From Mustelus asterias (taxonomy: Eukaryota): a stretch of DNA of 64,000 nucleotides. Under the pieces are notes generated by a model that saw only the letters and a list, made by a program, of their open reading frames with translations, was not told the origin of the DNA and searched no databases. The stretch spans positions 50,840,001-50,904,000 of the forward strand of contig NC_135808.1 of the NCBI RefSeq assembly GCF_964213995.1, in the 5' to 3' direction. The translations under genes and the position numbers were made by a program. Positions 12,666 through 23,299 of this stretch are shown here, one piece after another (within the stretch, counting starts at the first letter, position 1; the number at the start of each line of letters is the position of its first letter).

Positions 12666-13374
12666 TGTGTTTCCCAGTGAGCCTGGCTCCTCAGTCCTGA
12701 CTGCTCTGAGCTGCTGTTCTTTTCACTGATTGGACAGTTATTGTTAGAGATTCAGACCACAGCACAAATCCCCAGTGTCAAAAATAACTGCAAAGACTGT
12801 CAGATCGGAAGATTGAAACGTAACCAACAGAGGAAGTGAAAGAAGGAGCTCAGAGCAGCTGGATGTTTGTTACTGAGACGGGAGAAAATGGTGAACCGTG
12901 TCCACTACCTCCAATCTCCCAGCACAGAAGACACAGTGGGATACAGTCAGGAGGGAGTTATCCTGGGAATCCTCAACAACATTCCAGACTCCATGTAGTC
13001 TCTCGGTACCATGTCAAACACGGACAAGGAAACCTCCTCTGGTTACCACATACCGTCCCACCCCCCTCAGCTGATGAATCAGTTCTCCTCCATGTTGAAC
13101 ACCACTTGGAGGAAGCACTGAGGGTGGCAAGGACACTCTGGAAAGGGACTTCAATGTCCAAGAGTTGCTCGGTAGCCCCACCACACACCGAGCTGGCCAG
13201 GTCCTAAAGGACATAGCTGCTAGACTGGGACTGCGGCAGGTGGGGAGGGAACCAACAAGAGGGAGAAACATACTCGACCTCATCCTCACCAACCTGCCTG
13301 CCGCAGATGCAACTGTCCATGACAGTATCGGTAGGAGTGACCACCGCACAGTCCTTGTGGAGATAAAATCCCAT

Positions 13375-13875
13375 AGAACAAAGAACAAAGAACAAAGAAC
13401 AATACAGCACAGGAACAGGCCCTTCGGCCCTCCAAGCCCGCGCCGCTCCCCGGTCCAGGATTGAATCCTGAATCCCAACTATCCGCAGTCTCGCTCTGTA
13501 CTGGCACCAGCAAGATGATCATAGAATGAAGCCTTGAAACGAGAACCAAAGAACAATTAGCCCGCGCCGCTCCCTGGTCCAAACTAGACCACTCTTTTGT
13601 ATCCCTCCATTCCCACTCCGTTCATATAGCTGTCTAGATAAGTCTTAAACGTTCCCAGTGTGTCCGCCTCCACCACCTTGCCCGGCAACACATTCCAGGC
13701 CCCCACGACCCTCTGTGTAAAATATGTCCTTCTGATATCTGTGTTAAACCTCCCCCCCTTCACCTTGAACCTATGACCCCTCGTGAACGTCACCACCGAC
13801 CCGGGGAAAAGCTTCCCACCGTTCACCCTATCTATGCCTTTCATAATTTTATACACCTCTATTAAGTCTCCCCTC
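13375..13875 (-). mobile_element. 5'-truncated CR1 insertion
   Basis: RGDLIEVYKIMKG ORF end, (TTCTTTG)n tail, TSD ATCCCAT (13368-13374, 13876-13882). Confidence 0.85.
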
Positions 13876-14944
13876 ATCCCATCTTCACATTGAGGATACC
13901 CTCCATCGTGTTGTGTGGCACTGCCACCGTGCTAAATGGGATAGATTTCAAACAGATCTAGCAACTCAAAACTGGGCATCCATGAGGCTCTGTGGGCCAT
14001 CAGCAGCAGCAGAATTGTACTCAACCACAATCTGTAACCTCATGGCCCGGCATATCCCCCACTCTACCATTACCACCCAGCCAGGGGATCAACCCTGGTT
14101 CAATGAAGAGTGCAGGAGGACATGGCAGGAGCAACAGCAGACATACTGAAAAATAAGGTGTTAACCTGGTGAAGCTACAACACAGGACTGTGTGCCAAAC
14201 AGCAGAAGCAGCAAGTGATAGATAGAGCTAAACCATCCCACAACCAATGGATCAGATCTAAGCTCTGCAGTCCTGCCACATCCAGCCGTGAATGGTGGTG
14301 GACAATTAAACAACCCAGTGCAGGAGGAGGCTCCACAAATATCCCCATCCTCAATGATGGAGGAGCCCAGCACATCAGTGAAAAGAAAAGGCTGATACAT
14401 TTACAACTGGATACAGCAAAGGCTTTGTCTCCTGACAATAATCCAGCAATAGTCCTGAAGACTTGTGATCCAGAACTTGTCGCGCCCTTAGCCAAGCTGT
14501 TCCAGTACAGCTACAACACTGGCATCTATCCAGCAATGTGGAAAATTGCCCAGACATGTCCTGTATACCAAAAAACAGGATAAATCTATTCTGGCCACTT
14601 ACCGCCCCATCAGGCTACTCTCAATCATCAGTGAAGTGATTTAAATTGTTGACAGTTCTATCAACCAGCACTTACGAGCAACAACCTGCTCACTGACACT
14701 CAGTTTGGGTTCCGCCAGGATCACACAGCTCCTGACCTCATTACAGCCTTGGTTCAAACATGGACAAAAGAGCTGAACTCCAGAGGTGGGGTGAGAGTGA
14801 CTGCCCTTGATATCAAGGCAGCATCTGACCGAGTGTGGCATCAAGGAGCCCTCGCAAAACTGGAGTCAATGGGAATCAGGGGAAAACTCTCCACTGGCTG
14901 GAGTCACACCCAGCACAAAGGAAGATGGCTGTGGTTATTGGACT

Positions 14945-15258
14945 TTTAAGTTTAAGTGTCAGTATTAGTGTCACAAGTAGGCTTACATTAACACTGCAAT
15001 GAAGTTACCAGGAAAATCCCTTAGTCACCACACTCCGGCGCCTGTTCGGGGACACTGAGGGAGAACTTAGCATGACCAATGCATTTAACCAGCAGGTCTT
15101 TTGGACTGTGGGAGGAAACCGGAACACCCGGCGGAAACGCAAGCAGACACGGGGAGAGCATGCAAACTCCACACAGACAGTGTCCCATGCCAGGAATTGA
15201 ACGCGGGTCCTTGGCGCTGTGAGGCAGTAGTGTTAACGAGTGTGTCACCGTGCCACCC
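14945..15258 (-). mobile_element. HE1-like V-SINE
   Basis: tRNA-derived head and V-domain core, as in the other copies. Confidence 0.8.
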
Positions 15259-16700
15259 AATATGATGAGAAGATGGTTGTGGTTAGCGGATTGCAATCTG
15301 AGATTGCCTTGGGACATCACTGCAGGAGTTCCTCAGGGGAGTGTCTGAGACACAACCATCTTCAGCTGCTTCATTAATAACCTTCAGACGTGGGGATGTT
15401 CACTGACGATTGCACAATGCTCAGCACCATTCACAACTCCTCAGATATTGAAGCAGGAACATTCGTGCCACACAAGTGCCACGGAATCACCATCTCCAAC
15501 AAGAGAGAATTTTAACATCTCCCCTTGACATTCAATGTCATTACCATTGCTGAATCCCCCACTGTAAAATCCTGTTGGATATGATTGACCAGAAACTCAA
15601 CTGGACCAGCCTATAAATACTGTGGCTACAAGAGCAGGTCAGTGGATAGGAATCCTGCGGTGAGTAACTCACATCCTGACTCCCCGAAGCCTGTCCACCA
15701 TCTACAAGGCACAAGTCCGGAGTGTGATGGAATACTCTCCACTTGTCTGGATGAGTAGAGCTCCAGCAACACTCAAGAAGCTCAACACCATCCAGGACAA
15801 AGCAGCCCCAGTTGATTGACACCCATTCACAAACATTAAATCCCTCCACCACTGTCGGACAGCAGCAGCAGTGTGTACCATCTATAAGATGCCCTGCATG
15901 AACTCACCAAGGTTCCTGAGGCAGCACCTTCGAATACCATGACCACTATCATCTGGAAAGACAAATGTAGCAGATCCCTGGGATCAACACCACCAGGAGA
16001 TTCCCCTCCAAGCCACACGCCATTCTGACGTGGAAATACATCTCCATTCATGCACTGTCGCTGGGTCAGAATCCTGAAAACGCTCCCTAACAGCACTGTG
16101 GGTGTATGTACACCTCATGGACTGCAGCAGTTCAAGAAGGCAGCTCATCACCACCTTCTCAAGGACAATTAGGGATGGGCAATAAATGTTGGTATAACCA
16201 GTGACACCCACACCCCGTCAATGAATACATTTTTAATAATTCCTACTTTATACAATGTCCCATTCGATCTGTTAAAGTCTGGATCCTGTCAGCAGGATAT
16301 TTGACTGCAAGAGCCTTCACCACTGTGTCTAATTCTGTCCCCAACCAAAATCACACAGAACCTGAATTTATATAGCACCTTAGTGTACAACATAGTCCAT
16401 TATGTTTCACAGAGCAGCATAAGAGAAATGGGGGAGGGGCTGGGGGTAGTTTAGGAAGAGAGATCGAAGGCTTGGGTGAAAGGGTGGAGTTTGATGGGGA
16501 GAGAGACATGGAGAGGGGGAGGGATTAGGGGTGGGAGGTCAGAGAGCAGGGCCTGGGCGTCTGAAGGCTCTGCTGTCAATGGTGGGATGAAGGAAGCAGC
16601 GATGGGCCGGGGAGCAGAGTCAGAAGGTGGAAGGTGAGGGAGAAATGTGAGTCTGGAGCAGGAACGCAGGGTAGGGAGGAGTGAGGTCATGGAGGGAATT

Positions 16701-17204
16701 GGAGGTCAGTGAGGTCAGGGGTAACAGGTCAGTGAGGCCAGCGGTAACAGGTAAATGAAGTCAGGGGCGATAAGTCACTGAGGTCAGGGGTGATAGGTCA
16801 CTGAGGTCAGGGGTGATAGATCACTGAGATCAGGGGCGATAGATCACTGAGGTCAGGGGCGATAGATCACTGAGGTCAGGGGTGATAGGTCACTGAGGTC
16901 AGGGGTGATAGATCACTGAGATCAGGGGCGATAGATCACTGAGGTCAGGGGTGATAGATCACTGAGGTCAGGGGTGATAGATCACTGAGGTCAGGGGTGA
17001 TAGATCACTGAGGTCAGGGGTGATAGATCACTGAGGTCAGGGGCGATAGATCACTGAGGTCAGGGGCGATAGATCACTGAGGTCAGGGGTGATAGATCAC
17101 TGAGGTCAGGGGTGATAGATCACTGAGGTCAGGGGTGATAGCTCACTGAGGTCAGGGGTGATAGATCACTGAGGTCAGGGGTGATAGATCACTGAGGTCA
17201 GGGG
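16701..17204 (+). repeat. 23-bp minisatellite, about 21 copies
   Basis: Unit GATAGATCACTGAGGTCAGGGG(T/C). Confidence 0.95.
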
Positions 17205-17438
17205 TGGTGTTGGAACGACACTTGGTGTGAGACAGGATCCGGACCCACTGCATTTGGGACAAGTTGGGGTTTATGGATGTGGGGAGCTGGGTGAGGATAT
17301 CGGAATAATGGAGTTAGTAGGCGGGACATGCAGGGATAAGGGTTTCTGTACTTAAGGGACTGATGTAGTGCGGAGACGGACAATGTTGTGGAAATAAGAG
17401 GCCGAAGTGATGGAGAGGATGTGGAGTTTGAAGCTCAG

Positions 17439-17633
17439 CTACTGGAGGCTCCAGTGGGAAGGAGGCCCATGTTTACTGCTCCCTATTGGAGGCTCCAGTG
17501 GGAACGAGGCCCATGTTTACTGGTCCCTACTGGAGGCTCCAGTGGGAAGGAGGCCCATGTTTACTGGTCCCTATTGGAGGCTCCAGTGGGAAGGAGGCCA
17601 TGTTTACTGCTCCCTATTGGAGGCTCCAGTGGG
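17439..17633 (+). repeat. 44-bp tandem repeat, about 4.4 copies
   Basis: Unit TGGAGGCTCCAGTGGGAAGGAGGCCCATGTTTACTGCTCCCTAT. Confidence 0.9.
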
Positions 17634-17689
17634 ACGTCATGGTCGATGTGGAGCAGTTTCTTTCTGTTGTACATATGTCATTGTCCACC

Positions 17690-19658
17690 TTTGCGGAGGT
17701 CACAAAATGGATAAAAGGGAACTTGTAGCTGTGATGTACAGGGAATTCGAAAAGGTATTTGAATAATTGCCACATCAAATGTTACTACACAAGATACAAT
17801 GGTGTGTGGGTAAGAAGATGGTGTGTGGGTAACATATTAGCATTGATAGGGGATTGGTTAGCTAACAGAAACAAGAGGGAGGGGATCAATGATTGTTTTG
17901 GGATTGGGAAGCTGTAATTTGTGGAATTCTGGAACAATCAGTGCTGGGACCACAACTATTCACAATCCATATCAATGACTTGGATGAAGGGAGTGAATGG
18001 AGCTGATGTCCCAATGACACGAAGATAGGTGGGAAAGTAAGTTATCAAGAGGAGGTAGAGAATCTGCAAAGGGATAGGGACAGGGGAAGTGAATGGCGAA
18101 ACATCTGGAGTATATCCTGGGTAAATGTGAAGGTGTCCACTTTGGCAGGAAGAATAGAACAGCAGTAAACCATTGAAATGGAGAGAGATTGCACAACTCG
18201 GTGCTACAGAGGGATCTGGCTGTCCTGGGACATGAATCACAACAAGTTAGTCTGCAGCTACAGCAAGTGATTAGGAAGACAAATGGAATGTTGGTGTTTA
18301 TTACAAGGAGAATGGAATATAAAAATAGGGAAGTTTACTGCAACTGTACAGAGTCTCGGTGAGACCACATCTGGAATACTGTGTACAGTTTAGGTCTCCT
18401 TATTTGGAAAAGGGTATCATTGTGTTCGAAGCAGTTCAGAGAAGATTCACTCGACACATTCCTGGGGTGAAGGGTTATCTTATGAAGAAAAGTTGGACAG
18501 GTTGGGCCTGAACCCATTGGAGTTTAGAAGAATGAGAGGTGATCTTATTGAAACATATCAGATTGTGAGGGGACTGACAGAGTGGATACCAGGAGGGTGG
18601 TGTCTCTTCTGGGGCAGAGTGAGATGAGAATACAGAGGAACATAGAGAATGAGCGATGTGCCACAGGGATCGATGCTGTGTCCACTGTTATTTGTCATTT
18701 ATATTAATGATTTGGATGAGAATATAGGAGGTATGGTTAGTAAGTTTGCAGATTACACCAAGATTGGTGGCATAGTGGACAGTGAAGAAGGTAATCTCCG
18801 ATTCCAACCGGAATTGGGCCAGTGGGATGACAAATAGTGGCTGGAGTTTAATTTAGATAAATGCGAGGTGATGCATTTTGGTAGATTGAACCGGGCAGGA
18901 CTTACTCAGTTAATGGTAGGGCACTGGGGAGAGTTACAGAACAAAGAGATCTAGGGGTACAGGTTCATAGCTACTTGAAAGTGGAGTCACAGGTGGACAG
19001 AGTGGTGAAGAAGACATTCGGCATGCTTGGTTTCATTGGTCAGAACATTGAATACTGGAGTCAGGACGTTTTGTTGAAGTTGTACAAGACATTGGTAAGG
19101 CCACATTTGGAATACTGTGTACAGTTCTGGTCACCCTGTTATAGAAAGGATATTATTAAACTAGAAAGAGTGCAGAAATGATTTACTAGGATGCTACCGG
19201 GACTTGATGGTTTGGGTTATAAGGAGAGGCTGGATCGGCTGGGACTTTTTTCTCTGGAGCGTAGAAGGCTGAGGGGTGATCTTATAGAGGTCTATAAAAT
19301 AATGAGGGGCATAGATCAACTAGATAGTCAATATCTTTTCCCAAAGGTAGGGGAGTCTAAAACTCGAGGGCAGAGGGTTAAGGCGAGAGGGGAGAGATAC
19401 AAAAGTGTCCAAAGGGGCAATTTTTTCACACAGAGGGTGGTGAGTGTCTGGAACAAGCTGCCAGAGATAGTAACAGAGGCGGGTACAATTTTGTCTTTTA
19501 AAAAGCATTTAGACAGTTACATGGGTCAGATGGGTATAGAGGGATATGGGCCAAATGCAGCAATTGGGGTTAGGGGTTTTTAAAAAAAGGGCGGCATGGA
19601 CAAGTTGGGCTGAAGGGCCTGTTTCTATGCTGTAAACCTCTGACTCTATGACTCTATG
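17690..19658 (+). mobile_element. Two CR1 LINE 3' fragments (older one to about 18600; younger one 18645-19658)
   Basis: [38 protein letters not shown], (CTATGACT)n tail. Confidence 0.9.
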
Positions 19659-20040
19659 AGATAAAGTGATGGAGAAACTGAGAGGAAGAGAGGGAGGGAG
19701 AATGAGAAGAGAGAAAGAAAGAGTGAATGAGAGGGTAAACAAGGAGTGTGAGATGGGAAGGACAAGAAAGGGAGACAGCGAGAGTGTGGTGGATAGAAAC
19801 AGAGACTAATGGAGAGTTACTCAGAGAGTGAAAGAGACAACAATGAGGGAGAGATATTAATAGAGTGAGGGAGACAGACTGAGGGACAGATATTGAGAGA
19901 GAAAGACTGAGACTGAGAGAGAGACTGAGGGACAAATATTGAGAGAGAGAGAGAGAGAGAGCGAGACAATGAGTGAGGGAGAGATTTCGAGAGACAGAGA
20001 CTGAGGGACAGAGACTGAGGGAGGGAGAGAGAAGAAGAGG
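19655..20040 (+). repeat. GA-rich low-complexity/microsatellite tract upstream of the Ig promoter
   Basis: Runs of (GA)n and GAGACTGAG. Confidence 0.85.
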
Positions 20041-20132
20041 AAGTGAAAGGTGCTGACGTGGTTTCTCTGGGTCAGACCATTTACAAACTGAGGAACAGGC
20101 AGTGAGACTCTGACAGGCTGCAGCTTTATAAA
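20036..20132 (+). promoter_or_regulatory. Ig light-chain promoter
   Basis: GGAAGTGAAA Ets-IRF composite (20039-20048), TGACGTGG (20054-20061), octamer-like ATTTACAA (20079-20086), TATAAA (20127-20132) about 60 bp before the ATG. Confidence 0.7.
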
Positions 20133-20192
20133 GCAGAGCCCAGTGAAGGGAGAGTTTATCAGTAACCAGGCACAGGGACACGACCACACACC

Positions 20193-20241
20193 ATGATTTC
20201 AGCCATCCAGCTGCTCTGGCCTCTGGCATTCTGCATCGCAG
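20193..20241 (+). CDS. IGKV: Ig kappa-type light-chain leader exon
   Basis: MISAIQLLWPLAFCIA-G with a phase-1 GT donor at 20242; splices in frame to the AG acceptor at 20426-20427. Confidence 0.93.
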
Positions 20242-20427
20242 GTACAAATCTCTCTCCTTCCACCTTGAATATTTTCCTGCTCTCCATTTCAATCCAATTC
20301 TCCTGACTTGTGATTGAAGGGAAAATGCTGAAAGGAGAGGAACAGTCAGTGTCTCCAACAAAATCTCATTGTACAGCATCTTTCTGTGACAGTTCTTACT
20401 TCACTCTGTTTCTCTATTACCCCTCAG

Positions 20428-20725
20428 GTATCAGTGGAGACATCATCATGACCCAGTCTCCCCCGGTGCTGTCAGTGAGCCTGGGCCAGACCGCCACCAT
20501 CACCTGTACGGCCAGTCAATCTGTTAGCGATTACGTGAGTTGGTATCAACAGCGGGAAGGACAGAAACCGGCTCTGCTGATCTACTATGCATCAACTCGA
20601 TTCACAGGAATATCCGACCGATTCACCGGCAGTGGATCTGGGACACGATACACCCTGACAATCAGCAATGTACAGAATGAGGATGTCGCTGATTATTACT
20701 GTCAGCAATATGACAGCTACCCCTA
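20428..20725 (+). CDS. IGKV: Ig kappa-type (type III/NS4-like) V segment, intact and in germline configuration
   Basis: [27 protein letters not shown]...WYQQ...LLIY...RFTGSGSGT...[15 protein letters not shown]; both Cys and the Trp are conserved; no stops. Confidence 0.97.
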
Positions 20726-20753
20726 CACAGTGATACAGAGCCTTACAAAAACC
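20726..20753 (+). promoter_or_regulatory. 12-RSS of V
   Basis: CACAGTG + ATACAGAGCCTT (12) + ACAAAAACC, perfect consensus; V-12/J-23 is the kappa arrangement. Confidence 0.98.
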
Positions 20754-20756
20754 CCA

Positions 20757-22030
20757 ACACACACAGCACCACCTCCTGTACTGACACATCCCAGAGTGTT
20801 ATATAATATATAGTAATGGACACACAGCACCACCTCCTGTACTGACACATCCCACAGTTTTATATAATATATAATAATGGACACACAGTCCCACCTCCTG
20901 TACTGACACATCCCACAGTTTTATATAATATATAATAATGAATACACAGTCCCACCACCTGTACTGACACATCCCACAGTTTTATATAATATATAATAAT
21001 GGACACACAGTCCCACCTCCTGTACTGACACATCCCACAGTTTTATATAATATATAATAATGGACACACAGTCCCACCTCCTGTACTGACACATCCCACA
21101 GTTTTATATAATATATAATAATGGACACACAGTCCCACCTCCTGTACTGACACATCCCACAGTTTTATATAATATATAATAATGAACACACAGTCCCACC
21201 TCCTGTACTGACACATCCCACAGTTTTATATAATATCTAATAATGGACACACAGTCCCACCTCCTGTACTGACACATCCCACAGTTTTATATAATATATA
21301 ATAATGAACACACAGTCCCACCTCCTGTACTGACACATCCCACAGTGTTATATAATATATAATAATGGACACACAGTCCCACCTCCTGTACTGACACATC
21401 CCACAGTTTTATATAATATATAATAATGAACACACAGTCCCACCTCCTGTACTGACACATCCCACAGTTTTATATAATATATAATAATGAACACACAGTC
21501 CCACCTCCTGTACTGACACATCCCACAGTTTTATATAATATATAATAATGGACACACAGTCCCACCTCCTGTACTGACACATCCCACAGTTTTATATAAT
21601 ATATAATAATGAACACACAGTCCCACCTCCTGTACTGACACATCCCACAGTTTTATATAATATATAATAATGGACACACAGTCCCACCTCCTGTACTGAC
21701 ACATCCCACAGTTTTATATCATATATAATAATGGACACACAGTCCCACCTCCTGTACTGACACATCCCACAGTTTTATATAATATATAATAATGGACACA
21801 CAGTCCCACCTCCTGTACTGACACATCCCACAGTTTTATATAATATATAATAATGGACACACAGTCCCACCTCCTGTACTGACACATCCCACAGTTTTAT
21901 ATAATATATAATAATGGACACACAGTCCCACCTCCTGTACTGACACATCCCAGTTTTATATAATAGATAATAATGGACACACAGTCCCACCTCCTGTACT
22001 GACACATCCCACAGTTTTATATAATATAGA
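20757..22030 (+). repeat. 61-bp minisatellite, about 21 copies, in the V-J interval
   Basis: Unit ACACACAGTCCCACCTCCTGTACTGACACATCCCACAGTTTTATATAATATATAATAATGG. Confidence 0.97.
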
Positions 22031-22211
22031 ATAAAGACAAGAAAGGAAACTGGACAAATTATTTGCACTGTCCACTACACACTCCAGTCCCTGTGGTGTC
22101 CACCGCTCGCTGAAGGCCTCGAGTTTCCCTCTTACTCTCCATGTCCACATATGAAGAGCAACTGAAAGATTTATCATCTCAAATTAGAATTCTCAACTCT
22201 CCCAACAAAAC

Positions 22212-22343
22212 NNNNNNNNNNNNNNNNNNNNNNNNNNNNNNNNNNNNNNNNNNNNNNNNNNNNNNNNNNNNNNNNNNNNNNNNNNNNNNNNNNNNNNNNN
22301 NNNNNNNNNNNNNNNNNNNNNNNNNNNNNNNNNNNNNNNNNNN
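22212..22343. other. Assembly gap (132 N)
   Basis: N run followed by (GAGT)n. Confidence 0.99.
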
Positions 22344-22377
22344 GATGAGTGAGTGAGTGAGTGAGGCAGAGAGCAGA

Positions 22378-22416
22378 GGTTTTTGTACAGCTTCTGCACT
22401 GGAAGCTGTCAGTGTG
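22378..22416 (-). promoter_or_regulatory. 23-RSS of J
   Basis: GGTTTTTGT (22378-22386) + 23 nt + CAGTGTG (22410-22416; one mismatch to CACTGTG, essential GTG intact). Confidence 0.95.
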
Positions 22417-22451
22417 CCTTACGTTCGGTAAAGGAACCAAACTCAGACTGA
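22417..22451 (+). CDS. IGKJ: Ig light-chain J segment
   Basis: LTFGKGTKLRL (FGxG motif), donor A|GTAAGT at 22452. Confidence 0.96.
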
Positions 22452-23299
22452 GTAAGTAAAGCCCAATCCTCCGTTATTAACCCTTTCAATGCTGAAACTT
22501 TCTCAAACACAAATGCTGAATAGTTGAAGGTGTTGGTGAGGAAGCTGCAGTCAATGAAATGGTTGATTGAAGAACATTGTGTGGAACAGGGAGCCCAGCT
22601 GTATTTCTTTCCTTCCATTCCCCCCTTTAAGCAACAAGATATAAGTAAGCAGCTTTTACCCACCGTGTGGAGGAGATCTGGACGTTTGCAGACTGTGCTC
22701 ACATTCCTGCAGCATGGAGTGAAATCACTCTCTAGACTCCTGTCAGTCTCAGTGTGACACACACAGGCAGAGTTTGATGTGAAGTCGGACTCCCTGTCAC
22801 ACTCTCTGATATAACTGATCACAGCACCAGCACAGTGAGACACCGAGGTGCCACCTCCCCCAGCTTTCACTCTGCTCTCTCCACTCCCTGCTTATCTCTT
22901 GCTAAAGTTCTGATGACAAACAGCTACAGCAGGGCCCACAATCCAGTGGCTTCAGTGTTCCAGGCTTTTGGGGAGACTCTCAGTTACTTTCTCTTTGGGA
23001 CGAGTTCAGTCCGATATTTATCCCGGATCCAACGTCACTGAAAATGCTGATTGTTCTCATTGCATTGTGTGGGATCTTGCTGTGTACACGTTGTGACCAG
23101 TCCTCAGACAAAGTCCCTCATTTGTTAACTTCCTGAACTGGATCCCAATTTTGTTTTGCTCCTGGGTGAGGAGTAATCAGCTGGATCCCTGACTTTATTC
23201 AACCCCGCCCTCGATTGGTCACAACAAGGTTCATTTAAAATGGATCCCTTCACCCGTGGAAACCTTACACAGTCCGCGTAGTCCTTTATTAGCCATTGA

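Larger units (their letters stand above)
12960..16235 (+). mobile_element. Decayed CR1-group LINE ORF2 (endonuclease to RT to 3' end) with nested CR1 tail and SINE
   Basis: EPTRGRNILDLILTN..SDH, SSREWWWTIKQ, PLAKLFQYSYNTG, VTALDIKAA. Confidence 0.8.

Noticed and set aside
19654-20379. 241-aa Ser/Leu-rich minus-strand ORF
   Set aside because: Translation of the GA microsatellite antisense to the promoter.
20310-20813. 167-aa ORF as a single-exon gene
   Set aside because: It is the V exon read through intron and RSS; the real start is the leader exon at 20193.
20757-22030. CRISPR-like array
   Set aside because: Units are contiguous and near-identical with no unique spacers, in vertebrate DNA with no cas genes; this is a minisatellite.
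22831-22837. Intronic CACAGTG as an analogue of the mammalian kappa intron RS / deleting-element system
   Set aside because: No nonamer, a 7-mer is expected by chance in a 7-kb intron, and I found no partner 23-RSS downstream of C.
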